64,000 nucleotides of DNA. It comes from Amoebidium appalachense. Its lineage: Eukaryota; Protista; Ichthyosporea. The position numbers and the translations under genes are program-made. This document shows positions 14,366 to 47,728 of this stretch, one piece after another. Location: NCBI GenBank assembly GCA_963693365.1, contig CAVNZM010000001.1:18980125-19044124 (forward strand), given 5' to 3'. A model generated the notes under the pieces. It worked only from the letters and a program-made list of their open reading frames with translations. It was not told where the DNA came from and ran no database searches. How positions within the stretch are numbered: position 1 is the first letter of the stretch; each line of letters starts with the position of its first letter.

Positions 14366-15255
14366 AATGAGATGCTTGCTGGCACGTCTTGGCTGTGCCT
14401 TCTAGCCGCTGTACAACCATATCTTCTCTATCTGTAGACTATGCAAAGAGAGGAGGCGCACGTGATCAGTCGGTTCCACAACACCACTTCTGCATGTCAG
14501 AGAGGACCTTAACTACCTCAATAGGTATGCCGATGCTCTCTACTTTGCAGCAGACAAGTTTGACAAGGCAAAATATTGTGCAATTAACTCCTTCTTTGTG
14601 CGCGTTTAACAAGCGATGTCCGACTTTGCTTTGTGCTTGATAAAAAGATCCTTGCATGTATTGTGTTAGTCGTCCAGCCTGAGCACGGAAAAAGATCTAT
14701 GAGCAAACCAAGCTTGCGTGTAGGTGCATGTGTCGAGATTATCGGGTTCGTCCAATCAAGAATGGGGAACCTGCATGCAACCACTATTTCCCGTGCAAAA
14801 AAAGAACATGCAGAGGGTTAGTGAGTCGCTTCAAGCCTAGGTTCATAAGGCCAGCATTATTCAGATCTTCACGAAGTTCATGTTTCGAGACAAAAGTAGT
14901 GTTGTCACTGTCGTGATGGCATGCAAATTGCAAGCGCGATTTAGTGATGCTTGAAAAGTCGTCTTGATATGGTAATGATTATAAGTGTTTCAAAGTTTAA
15001 CAACTTGTCAAATAAGGATTATAAAATTTAGTGCCTTGTTTGCGTTTTTTATAACCTTGATAGGGCACTTTTTATCCACAACCAATCGCCGCAAATTCGC
15101 TTACCAACTATATAGATCCTTCAAAAATAGGCCTTCACAAGAGTCTCCAAGACTCAAGAAAAAAACTCGAGTTCTTCCTACTTTTGCTCAAACAAGCAGC
15201 TCTGCTAAAAATTCTTTACAGTTAGCTAAGGCACTGGGTTACAGAGCTCAGAAAA
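14366..15255. promoter_or_regulatory. Bidirectional promoter ARF-like/EPS15
   Basis: Divergent ATGs 890 bp apart. AT-richer and homopolymer-free, with CCAAT at ~14752 and ~15082. Confidence 0.55.
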
Positions 15256-35331
<20,076 letters not shown>

Positions 35332-37995
35332 GGGTCGGCTGTTTAGCCTTTTTAGAAACCTGTGGCTCGCTGCCTTATATTATCGCCTTTGTTGGATGCC
35401 AGTGGTTCTTTGCCATAGATAGATAGTTAAAATTCGGTTTGATGAAATCCTTTTTTTGTATTGTGCGGCAGGGTGCTTTGCTTGGTTGGGCTTGGTGTAC
35501 GTTGTTGTGCCCTACCCCTGGTGGGTTTTACATGCAAGAGGTGACAGTGTATCGTTGTAATAGTAGGTCAAATAGCTACCGTAACGGCCCAGTTGGCTAC
35601 GGAAATCCATGTTAACGCTCGCTCTGTCTATATCTTTGAAATTCAGGTATGGAGAATGTCAGCGGTCACTTGACAGAATGTGTGCACCAAAAACTATTGT
35701 AGCAACTGAAAAAGGCGCTATGTAAAAGTAGTAGTAAACCGCCATCTTGCATATATGTGGTCATCGGGCGGGCCTGGGGCCATGCATATTTTGTGGCGTT
35801 GTACATGTTTGTGTGGTATATTTGCTGATCTTAGTAACTGTTGGCGCTTTGGGTACGTTGCCACGGTGGGTGGGTGCACGTGAGTAGTGGTTGTGGTGGG
35901 GAGTGGGTACGTACACCGTGAGCCGTGGGTCGTATTGGTAGTGGTCACAGTTGTGGTTGGGTGTGATATCGTCACGTGCATGCGCATGCATGCTCGGGGG
36001 GGGCCAGAAACGATCAGACAACGCCAGCGGTGCACCCGCTAAAAACTCGAGACGACAGACAGATGAATGATAGCTAGAATTCCCGAAGCTTTACGGTGAA
36101 CGTTTATAAGTACTGATGATGATCATCATCAGGCTGAGCACACACGCATAAGGAATATTATAATAATAAACAATTTAAAGGGCAGGAATATGCTGCATAT
36201 GTACGTGTATAGGCGTCAATGGGTACAGTATGCATACCTACTGGTTGATGGCATTATTTTTAGCCTTGCGCAAGCTTGTCGATGTCTGGCCCGGTGACGT
36301 CACAGGCGCAGATTCAGCCCGGCGGCCGCGGGGATTGCACCCAAATTAGCGACCAATCGGACGAAGGGGATTGTTTATCTTGCACGGAGCAGTGCAACTC
36401 TTTGGGAACCTGTCAAGCAAGTTTGCTCCAAGGGGCCGTCCATATAATTTCAACGTGTCAGGAAAAATATCAAACAGAAAAAAAATTCCCATTTCCTGCT
36501 CATGTAAAAAAACCAAGAGCAGAACATCTCAGAGATAATGAGAGCTGCCATTTTCAGTGTGAACAATGTCATGACATGTGCAAGATAGATGGCTGAGGGC
36601 TCGATCAAGTTATGCTGTCCTCCTGCGGGGGAACCAATCGGTAGACCGCTGCTTCGTGAGCGCGGCAAAAGCACGAGCATGTACATACCATAAGTTCCTT
36701 TGCAGTGTGCTATGCCACCGTGTCGTGCAGTTAGGCAACATTGATGTATGTTTTACTTATAAAATCTTCAATCGGTGATATTTTTATTGTACATCAAAAC
36801 ATAAACTTTATATTAACAAGAACTGTGTTTGAAAGCTGTCTCCTCTTTCATTTTGCTAAGCTTGTGAACTTCTGCAACGCATGGCTTCAAACCAATCAGG
36901 GTGTGGTGCGCATGAGCAATTTGCAGCACACGCGCCACGGAATTCACAGGTATGAGGCACTAGTTAGCAGTCACGTGTAGCTGTATTGCCGGTTAAGCTT
37001 AAAATTACAAATTAATTCCAATTAAATAAGCACCTTAATTTCAGGTCATTTAGCAACAATTATTCATAACGGCTTCACTACTATAAACCAAATTCCTTGC
37101 GAGTCGCGCGGTACCGGCTTCATGAAGTTTATAGCTATGTAGCCGTGAATTTGAAGGCCGCAATACATCTCCCTACACTCCAACTCGAATTCCGTCGAGA
37201 TCTAGGTAGACGACGGTCGCTCCAGGGCCTTCAACATGTTTGCTTCCTTTCAACTTTCACCGATATCATGATGAGTGCACTAGATGATAGTACATACGGC
37301 CGCTAAACAACTCTGATAAAAATGCGGGCATGCACAACTAGTTTCCCGTAAGACTTCTTTTTATCAATCATTGAATGATTCCGACTCGGTGATTAATTAA
37401 TTGTCCGGCAATCATTCCAGTGAAATTTTTCCTTTTGAAGTCTTTTTATACTTTTGCCGCTTGCCAATTTTGGATCATTGTCACTTGGGCTCCCTATCAT
37501 CATATCAGTAACAGGCGTAATAAATAACAATCCTAATTTGATTCAAGCTAATTATACAGTTGTAGAGCAATCATTCTTGGAACGGAAGGGAATATCCTCT
37601 CGGTAGGGAACCCTTTGTCTTGTCAATTGATGCAGTCACACTTAAATATATAGATTTTTAATAAACCCCCATCATCAGACCCCGCCCAGGGCACACAATC
37701 ATTCGAAGCTGTGGGTGAGCCTTTTCCGATTAACGCAAAATCACGCCTATTATCTGCCAAATCATGGACCAATTATTGCTTGGAGGCGAGGCAGGTATAA
37801 AGTCTGTGTTTGGTTCTAAACCGGATCAGTTTGTTCTGACCTGTTTCCTGAAATTTCCACAGAGTCTCTTGTATGTTCTTTCCATCGCGGCCGCCTTTTG
37901 GACATCACAGTTTAAGTTTTGCCAAACTTTGTGATATTTCCTGCCTTTAAAACCTTCCCTTTTACTCTGCCCCTTTAGAGAGCCAGCCTTCCAAA

Positions 37996-38217
37996 ATGAC
38001 TCTCTCTGCGCTTACCGTTGCCTGCAACGCCGTTCAGGGGGTGCTTTCACGCCCCAACACCACCGAAGAAACAAAGGCTCGGCCTGTCAAGGGGAGAGGT
38101 CTTACGCTCTTCACCACCAAACTGCGCACACCTCGCAGTTCGGCCGATTCGACCGCTGGCCCCGCCTCCCCTGTCAGTGACTTCATGGTTCGTGAGGTTG
38201 GGGGTGTTGGCTTCTAA
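37996..38217 (+). CDS. Candidate small orphan protein (73 aa, basic, Ser/Thr/Pro-rich)
   Basis: Intact ATG..TAA ORF in repeat-free sequence with CAAAATG start context. CCAAT (~37769) and TATAAA (~37796) lie upstream, and a T/G-rich UTR-like tail follows. No family recognised. Confidence 0.45.
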   Translation: MTLSALTVACNAVQGVLSRPNTTEETKARPVKGRGLTLFTTKLRTPRSSADSTAGPASPVSDFMVREVGGVGF

Positions 38218-40874
38218 ATCAACGTCACTTTCTTCGACTGTTTTTCTTTGTTCGTCATGTGCGTTTTTATGCGACAGCCCATACCTCGCTTTGTGCGCGA
38301 GGGGAGAGTGCGACACTAAGCATTTCGATTTGTGTGTTGTCTACTCACCAAGGGCGATGTAAAGCTCGAATGCGAGGCTAGGCTGCACGGTGCCTTCTTC
38401 CTTGTACAAACGAGCAAGTGGCCGCTGCATAGGGAAGATATCGTCTTTCCCTGGACATAGCCGCAAGGTGGCACTTATGGAAACGCAAACAGAACAGCTC
38501 TGGCCACCACGAAAGCGCACAAGTTTAGTTTGTGCATAGTTTAGTGTCGTGCGCCGCTGTTTGCAAAGGTGTTTTGATGAACATTGTGTGGCATCATTAG
38601 TGGATGGTTTTTGTGTCAAAAGGTGGTGTCAAGTTTGATGTAGTTTTCTGTAAGTTTCAAGTTTGGTCGAGGGCCTTGTTAGGGTTTGTCGGTGCTTATT
38701 ACTAAGGCCGTTTTAACTACTGTATAAGGCCTTTAATATATGTTGTTGTGTTGTTTTAAATAAAGTATGCCAAGGGTTGTTTTTTTAGGCATTGCATGAC
38801 GTGTCTTTTGTATGCCGAAGTCAGGGGCACTGTTTTGTAAGAACCTGTAAGAGCTTTTCCGTAATAAACTTATCGTTTGCCTGTGTGTCCTAAATGCTTG
38901 TTTGCTCCCGTCCAGCAAGATCTCCCTTCCTGGTGCACAATTGGCTGTGCATCAATCACACAGTGGGAACCATCCCCATGGCAGCAGTAGGTTCCACCCG
39001 ATGTTTGAAGCATCTGTGATTATAGTCATTACTGAACTGAAGATCATGCTTTTTCTCCCGTTTGCTAGGCTTCTTCCATCACCATTTCTTTGATCAGCAA
39101 AGTGTACTGCCCAGCTGTTCCTTTCTCCCTCCCTTTCAACTTCTGGGCCTTCGAGTCCCATGAGTATCATGAGACATGGCTTGCAGCTTAACGTGAACTT
39201 TTAGGCTATCGTAATGCACATGGATCTGCACATGGGTCTGCACATTCTCCAGAAATAAGGAGGGGGATGAGTGTGGGGTTGGGTGGGGTAGGGGAGGAAG
39301 GGGGGTGAATCATCCCTCGGAGTGTGTTATGGAAGGGTTTGCCACCATGGACATTGTGTAACGTGCACATCCATGTACACCGTACGTGCTATATCTCACG
39401 TCTGATGCATGATGCATGAACATGCACATCCCAAAAGATAGAGACTACACAGTTCTATATAGATGTTTCCAGCAAAACGCCCAGGAAATATAGTTAGTGA
39501 CGAGTACCTCATATGCATAAAGTACACACACGACGCCATATATGGTAAGTGACCATATTAGTGAAACTTTCGTGTTAGCGCATTGCACCTCGCGTATTTT
39601 TGGGCCGATACGCAAGGGGATATGTGTGTACGGGTAATTCTGCAAACGGGCGGGAAGAGGGGTGGGTTCGTTTCGTGAGCATTTGGGGGGTAAGGGGGGG
39701 GGGGGGGGGGAGAGGGGGGGGGGGGGGGGGCGGGGGGGGGGATTTGTAAGTATTTGGGGGTAAGGGGGAAGGGAAAGGGGGGGGCGGGAGAGTCCCCGGG
39801 GAAGAGAGGAGGGGGATCCAATATCAATAATCCGTTGTAGCGGGGGGAGGGCGGCGCGCGGGGGGGGGGGGGGGGGGGGGGGGGGGGGAGGCCCAATCGT
39901 CCGCCCGGGGGGGGGGGGGGGGGGGTGGGGGGAGATGTACATATGACCCAGGGGTGGGGGGTGGGGGAGGGGGGGTGGGGGGGGGGAGGGGGGGGGGGGG
40001 GGGGGGGGGGGGATGTGCATATAAGCCGAGCCGTGTAGATAGCAGTGATCAGCTGCTGACATCACAGTACCCGTGCTTCTGTCAACTTCATGATCTGTGA
40101 CTCATGGACCTGTCATTTGTTTAGTAACGTGTACGTGTAAGCTACTACCTTCACACGGTGTGAATTGTGGGTGGGTGTACATATGTATACCTGTTGCACT
40201 TCGAGACGATTTTGTGTTTACTTTTTGTGTGTGTATAGACCATGAATGTGCAAGTGCAAGCACCGTTTTACCGGGCTATTTTGAAGAAGAAAGAGGCTCA
40301 GAAATATTCCCCATTCCAAGATATCATCATTCTCACACAGGCACCATTTAACCATGTAGCTGTCCATCGGTATACGTGCGATTTCCCACATGCACATGAC
40401 AGGTTCACCCACGATCTTTAGAAAGCTACACAGCAATGTGTCTTGCTCCCCCAAAATCCCGGGCTACAAAGTAACGTCTTACTTCATGTTTTTCACAGTT
40501 TCCCTGCAAATGGGGAAGGGTCACGAGACCCACACCCCACGAAAACCAAACAAAGCCCAGCCGAAAAATTGGCACGAAACCAGGTTCTTGTCATTTGTTG
40601 AGCCTGACATGCACTTTTGTCACGTAACACAGCCAAAAATGGTCATGCTACGGTACGGGCCCACAAAAGTGCTTACGGCATGTCCTTGGGTGGGCTATTT
40701 CCTTCACATTTAGAGCAAACTATACCCACGTTAGAGGGCTTACACAAGCAACACAAAAGTATAAAAGCACATCATCCAGCTGTAAACATCAGTTGCTTCC
40801 CAGAAACACGAAGAGTACACTTCAAGGTCGGTTAACCTACCCCGTTATCTCTCTCTCTCTTGAGCCGTGGCAGC

Positions 40875-41030
40875 TCTATTTTTTGGCGCATGTTCTGTCT
40901 TTTCTTGTTTTCGTTTTACTTAGGGCTATGTTTCCTCGTCACTTCATTCCTGTCTATTTTTTGGCGCATGTGCTGTCTTTTCTTGTTTTCGTTTTACTTA
41001 GGGCTATGTTTCCTCGCACTTCATTCCTGT
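40875..41030. repeat. ~78-bp tandem duplication in a putative 5'UTR intron
   Basis: Two near-identical copies of TCTATTTTTTGGCGCATG...CACTTCATTCCTGT. Confidence 0.95.
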
Positions 41031-41222
41031 GGCTTCTTCCAAATCAAGAAGGCCCAGTTTACCTCTTTCCTGACCTTCTTCTGTAAATTTGCCCTTTTCC
41101 TTCCTCCTCGAGCTTCTCTTCTCCCATTATTTTCTTTTTATCTGCTCCCCCCCGCATCACCTCCACCTTGCCCGTTTCTTACGGTTTCTCCCCCCTTACA
41201 GTGCCATATTCCAGCTGCCACC

Positions 41223-41353
41223 ATGTCTTCCAAGCAGTCCAAGGAGCAGACCCACAAGTCCAGCGAGCAGCAGGAGGAGCTGCCCAACCTCGGCCGGGGC
41301 CGTGGAGGTGACCGTGGCCAGGGCTATGACGAGGAGAGCGGTGTGTTTTCCTT

Positions 41354-41406
<53 letters not shown>

Positions 41407-42253
41407 ACCCCCACCCACCCTCTCACCACCACCACCACCACCACCACCACCACCAACACCACCCCCCCTTTCGTATCCTCCTTGGAGCCTTGATATCATT
41501 TATGAATGTAACTGTGGCACCACTACTCTTCACACCCCTATTCCCAGAGGGTCACTTCTCCCTCTACGAGTTTTTGTTTGGTTCGCGCCTTTGGTGTGGA
41601 CATATCAGCTGGTGTTTACTGGGCCTTTCTTCTTTTCCTTATTCTTAGAGTCTGTCCTCAGTAGGTCCTGTATTTTTTTGTGTTTGCTCCTTTTTTTTTT
41701 GGTTTTTTTTTTTTTTTGGTTTTTTAAGTTTTTTGGTTTTTGGGGGGTTTGAGTGACTAGGTTAGTTCCCTGTGATAACCCTTGGGAAGTTCGTCTCCCC
41801 CCCCCCCCCCCCCCCCCCCCCCCCGTGGATATCTATAAGCCTTGGGAAGTTCGTTTCACATCCCCCCCCTTCCCCCCCCGCCCACATTTTGTTTGTCCCA
41901 CTCCATTCACCTCGCCCCTCTCCTCCTCCTCCCCCCCCCTGAAAAAAAAAAAAACACCTCGCCCCTCCTCTCTCTGGGGCAGCCCGGTGCTGCTCTGTTC
42001 AATAGCCACACCTTGTTCTATGCCTTTTTAATTACTGTATGTGGACCTCGGGGTCCCCCCACCTGGCAGCACCACAACATTTTATCAGGCACTAAAATAC
42101 CTTTCATTTCCAGGTGCGCCCAAGACGGTGTCGGGTGAGCCTGACATGCGCTACAAGCAGGCCCGTGAGACCTACCTGCCAGTTGGCGGCAGGGTGGATG
42201 TGGACGAGTCACGTGACCGGCGCTTTAAGGAAAACGAGGAAGAGAACAAGTAG
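41223..42253 (+). CDS. Small hydrophilic protein (85 aa) with two D-x-R-[YF]-K motifs
   Basis: Exons 41223-41340 and 42114-42253 splice in frame. GCCACCATG Kozak context, C/G-ending codons like the other genes, upstream TATAAAA (~40760), probable 5'UTR intron ~40827-41201. Product: MSSKQSKEQTHKSSEQQEELPNLGRGRGGDRGQGYDEESGAPKTVSGEPDMRYKQARETYLPVGGRVDVDESRDRRFKENEEENK. Confidence 0.75.
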
Positions 42254-42813
42254 ACCAATCACCGCTACTCCCGCCACACTATATATGGTTATGTGACTGT
42301 TCTTTAGGGAACTGGTGCTTTCTGGCATGGGAGTCCGAGTGGTCGATGGTTTAGGCTTGTAGGTACGTGTGTGAACGGCAAAGATATAGGGTTTTTTCGT
42401 TAATGCACATGATCATACTTACTAGCCTGTTTTTGTTTTTGGGAAGCCACAAGGGTGGATGCTAACTCGGTTGCCACCCAAGAATGGTTTGCTCACTGTT
42501 TAAAGTTGTCGGGTGTGCAGAATTAGAGTAGTGTTTAAGATCAAGGTTACGCCCACGTGCGCTGTGAGCATCTCCCCATTTGGTTTTTTGGGTAAAGAAA
42601 TGGTCGGGGGAAATAAAAGGTGATGGGTACACACAATGATTATTCAAGCCGGTTGTTCAAATCCTATTTGCCTTCAAAGTGCTCAAAGCCCTGAATAATC
42701 AACTAATGCATAGTCTACCTGATGGGGTAACTGGGGAGCAAACCACCATCCCCCCTCCCGGCCCTCCCCGTCTCTTGCCAGTACCCGATGGTTCTTGAAA
42801 TGAGCCTCCCCCC

Positions 42814-42848
<35 letters not shown>

Positions 42849-43695
42849 CCTCACCCACCCACCCACCTACCCATCCAGTCATCCGCCGTCCCGCCTCCAC
42901 TCGCAACCCCTGGGGATTGGTCGCCACAACACCTGTGCATGCGGAATCAAGCCAGTTCTTATTACATAGATGCTTGGGATCATAGAGCATGCTATGAACA
43001 TAGATATGCACACCACCCATCCACCTCAGGCTTCTCCGATCTACCCACCTGACTTTCGGCAATTTTTTCTTCAAATAAAACTGCTCGTGCACATGATCGC
43101 GGTGGGTGTTTGAGTATCATCACGGTGACGCATCCTGTGCTTCTAATGTGGGCAAGATGTGAAATGGCCAAATTCGGCCAAAGTCAGGAGTAAGAGAAGG
43201 TTCGAAGATTTAGGGGGGAAAGAGAAAGGTGGGGAGGGGGAAGACGAGAGCGTGCGTGTGGGCGGGCGGGCGCCGGGGGGGGGGGGGGGGGGGGGGGGGG
43301 GGAGGGAAGGGAGGAGGGGGTGGCGGTGGGTGGGTGGGGGGGAAGGGGGGAAGAGAGATAAGAACGGGGGAGGGTGGGTGGGGGGGGGGGGGGGGAGGAA
43401 GGGGGGAAAGAGAAGGGGGAGGGGGGGGAGGAGAGGAGGTCCTAGAGGGGGGTGAGGGGAGGGGAGGGGGGGGAGGGGAGAAAGGACGGGGGGAGGGGGG
43501 GGGAGAGGGGGGGAAAAGAGATGAATGGGGAGGAGGGGGGGGGGGGGGGGGGGGGGGGCATTTTTGTTGGGATACGTGGGTATCATCATCACAGTGGCGG
43601 TGGTACACTGTTTTCGGCAAAGGCAGCGGAGGGAGAGGAGCTGGCGGAGAGAAGGGCGTCAAGGGTAAGCCGGGGAGCCTCTGGAGGAGGAGGAG

Positions 43696-43736
<41 letters not shown>

Positions 43737-43857
43737 TAATCAGGGGTAGTGTCTTGAGACGTAAATAGGTAGGGAAACTTTCAAAGGGTTTTTATGCTGT
43801 TGTTGTTGTTGTGTGTGTGTACGGTGGGCGGCAGCGGCGGCCCGGGGAGGGAGGGAG

Positions 43858-43892
<35 letters not shown>

Positions 43893-44794
43893 GCTGCTTA
43901 TTACAGAGGGCTTGGAATGTTTGAGAGGTAAAGAATGGGATGTGCGGGATTACTTGATACATGGTGAGTAAAAAGGGTGAAATATTGACAAAGATGGAGA
44001 AATCTGTAGCCCTGTACTCATTAGGTACGTGTGTGATCACATGATGATGATGATATGGTTTTCAGTCGACTGAATGGGTGTCTACTATATTGCACCGCCG
44101 CAGTGTGTGCTTATGGTTGCACGTATGTATTTCTTTAGAATAGGCGCATGTCTCGTGCCGATGGTTGTGTAAGAGTTCGTGCCTGGTACTGTGTGTACAC
44201 CTGCGTATCTGCGGGCCACAGTGTGTACGTTGTGGGTGTGTGTGCATGCACGGTTGTGGGACCTTTGGAGGGCAAGGAGGGGAAGAAGGCCGGGGGGGGA
44301 GAGGGGGGGGGGGGGAGGGGAGGGGAGGGGGGAAGGGAGGAAGTGAACCGAGTATCTAACGAAGGTTGGGAACGAGGAGTAGACCCGGGAAGCCGGGAAA
44401 TGGGGAGGGGGTACAACGAGGGCAAGCGTTTTTTTTTTTTTTTTTTTTTTTTTTTTTGGGGGGGGGGGGGGGAGGAGGGAAGGTGGCGGGGGGAGAAACT
44501 CTAGGAAGCGCGGGGGGATGGGGGGGGGGGGGGGGGGGGAAGAGAAAAAGGTGCAAAAAAAAAGGGGGGAGGGGGGGGGGGGAGGGGGGATTTCGACATG
44601 ATATCTCTCTCTTATTCAGCACCGCCGCGATTGGGTTGCATCATGGTGGGCATTGGTCTCGGGAGACTAATTTTCTATGACCGGTACAGGTGGCCCCGTC
44701 ATAACGACGTGGCCTAACGATAGAGACCAATACAAATAGTATCAATCTATTATATTGGGGCTCAGTTAAACTATACTTGGGCATGGAGTCGGTC

Positions 44795-44835
<41 letters not shown>

Positions 44836-45760
44836 TGAATTTTACCAGCTCCTGGGGGGGGGGGGGGGGGGGGATCTACCTCGTGTGGTGGCGGTGTGGG
44901 GTTTAGGGTGACGGGGTGCACGCTGTATTCCATGTACTGTGGTATGCGGTGGTGGCTGCTGTCACGGTGCTATGTTGTGTGTGTCTACATTTCGGGCGGA
45001 CCGGTTTTGTGTGGGTTGCAATAGGGGGGGTATTTGGGGGCGGGGGGGGGTGGGTGGGTGGGTGGGTGGGGGGGGGGGGGGGGGGGGGGGGGGGGGAAGA
45101 CTATGTGTTTTGATTGGCTTATTCCTACGGATGGCTGTGTTGGGCTTTTGTTGCTTTGGTTTTTTGGTGTGTCTGCATACAGTTTCCTTCATCTTTTTTT
45201 CTAAATCGCAAAGGAAAACTCCGATATGGGTTGTGTTTCGTCCTGGGAACGCTTAGTAGAGCAGCTGAGGGTAGTAGGGGGAGCGGGGATATCCCGGGTG
45301 CGCTTGTTGAACGTACCTGTGGGCTTCTTTGAGCCTACAAAGTTGACTCACCTCTTGAACTGGTACATAAACGTGCAGTACGTTAGGGTTTCAGGCGTTC
45401 AATAATAAGAAAAATTATCGGTGAATGTATACAGCCGGCTACCATTGCTAAGGATACGTAGCAGTACCGTTGCACCGTTTCGCCGAACTGACAGCGACGG
45501 TCTTCCGTGCACATGTGGCTCGGGGAGGTGCTAACAAGGGAAGGCTGGGGGTGGGGTGGGGGGAGGGGGGGGAGGGGGGGGGAAGGAGGGGAGCAGGGGG
45601 CGGGGAACCGGGGGGGAGGGGGAGTGAGTGAGAGGAGGGGGGGGGGGGGAGAGGGATAGAGAGAGAGAGAGCAAGAGAAAGAGAAAGGGAGGGGGGTGGA
45701 GGGGGGGACTGAGAGAGGGAAAGAGAGAGAGGGCGAGAGCGAGAGAGAGAGAGAGAGTCG

Positions 45761-45901
<141 letters not shown>

Positions 45902-46036
45902 GAGAGAGGTGGAGAGGGGGGGGGGGGGATGAGGATCAAGGGCTTGATGAGGGCGGGTGAAGGAGGGAGGGCGGGGAGGGAATTATTCATTTTATATTCG
46001 GGGAGGGGCTGGAATGTGGTGGTGGTGGTGGTGGTT

Positions 46037-46116
<80 letters not shown>

Positions 46117-46244
46117 GTGTGTGTGTCTGCGTGTCTGTGTGTCTGTGTGTACATGTGTCTGTGTGTGTGTGTGTGAGTATTTTCTGGGGGGGGCACGCGT
46201 ACGGTGGTCACCGTGGGGGGGGGGGGGGCACGACAAGTATACAC

Positions 46245-46511
46245 CACTGATCAATGCAGTTTGGCCATGCTGATTTTGAAAAAATAGCCTTTGTGAATGT
46301 AGCAATAGGAACATGCTGCTAGGTATAAAACCCGAAGCTGCTGCAATACATGCAACATGCACCGGTCGTGCACACACTGATCAATGCAGTTTGGCCATGC
46401 TGATTTTGAAAAAATAGCCTTTGTGAATGTAGCAATAGGAACATGCTGCTGGGTATAAAACCCGAAGCTGCTGCAATACATGCAACATGCACCGGTCGTG
46501 CACACACTGAT
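46245..46511. repeat. Recent 130-bp tandem duplication
   Basis: Two copies (period 130) of CACTGATCAATGCAGTTTGG...CGGTCGTGCACA differing at about 1 position. Confidence 0.95.
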
Positions 46512-47509
46512 ACACCTACCAAATGGCTGTACGTACATAGCTGTGACTTTGCATAAAGTTGGCCGTGGCTGTGCAGGGTCAGGTGCCTGAGAAAGCCTTG
46601 AAAAACGGCACCTTTCCCGAATCTTCGGAACTGTGCGCAAGCCGATGCCATTGAAAACTCTCACGCAGCGGCTGCCAAACGACTGCGTGATCGAAGAGAC
46701 GAATGAGGTTACAGTTTGATGTGGCAAAAGCCACTCTGTTATGGCTTCAAATTCTTGGATTTCTTGCGGTGAATTACAAGTTGTGGTAAAGAACCACATC
46801 GCGTGGCTCTGTATACAGCTCATAATGAACCCACTTCTCATTGGAAGACAATGGCACATGCACTTACAGCCCTGGCTTACATGTGTTAAAGATCTATTGT
46901 TTCTATTTGTGTATTTGATTGGGTCTTCATCTGAAATGGAATGTGCATCACCTTATCTCCGTGGTTTTGATTGGTGGGGATAAGATGAGCAAATTTGCGT
47001 GACTGGCAAGTGACAACCGCCAGTAACACTAGGCCTCAAAAAATCTTGAGGAAATAAAAAAATCTGAAGCACACTTTTCTCTCTTATTTGAATAGTATGC
47101 TGCCACCTTGATTAGTATCGCTTGAAGATTGACGTCCGGTGATGTAAGCTTCTTTCAATCTTGACAATCCTCTGTTCAAAGTTTTGCTCGAAAATGCTGC
47201 GCTAGCTCGGCGCCGAAGAAAACTCTCCCCCATGATGAAATGAGTTTAGAATTTACAGATTTTCAGTCCCTAGATAAATTTTTTCCATGTGATATCGGTA
47301 ATGCTTGCAATTTTTTAAGACTGTATTGAGACATTCTAACAAATACAAAATAATTTAAAGCATTAGACACAAATTAATTTTCAATTTTTTACAATGTCTT
47401 CTACTCTTCGGAATCCCGAATTTCGGTACCGGGTGACGGTCCGGGTCGATAATCTTCCGGCTTTTGACCCGCATTTCCGAAAATGCGTAGATTTAGCAGG
47501 TTATTATTT

Positions 47510-47567
47510 CACCAATCGCAGACAAGAACTTCTCAGCCAATCAGGTAGGTGTCATGGGGTATAAATT
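47510..47567 (+). promoter_or_regulatory. Core promoter of the ODC-like gene
   Basis: Two CCAAT boxes (47512, 47537) followed by TATAAATT (~47560), about 170 nt before the ATG. Confidence 0.6.
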
Positions 47568-47728
47568 AAGCAAGCGAAGGGAACATCCCGTCAGTTGTGA
47601 AGTGAGCTCCGCATGCAGATATCTGGCGCGAGAGAGTTGTTGACGGTCTGTATCAAAAGTGACGAATTCACGCCGTACAGCTTGTATTAATAGCAGTTAT
47701 AAGAAATAATAGGACGTTTGTATTCAGT

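Noticed and set aside
37996-38362. Antizyme-type +1 frameshift gene near the ODC-like gene
   Set aside because: ORF1 ends TTC-TAA rather than TCC-TGA, and the +1 frame continues only ~48 codons with no antizyme-like sequence.
39168-40400. Degenerate inverted/direct repeats (TGCACATGGAT / ATCCATGTACA)
   Set aside because: Similarity too low to define element boundaries.
46251-46983. Overlapping 100-200 aa ORFs with Cys/His (possible zinc finger or TE remnant)
   Set aside because: Length is inflated by the 130-bp duplication; no recognisable motif or splice-consistent model.
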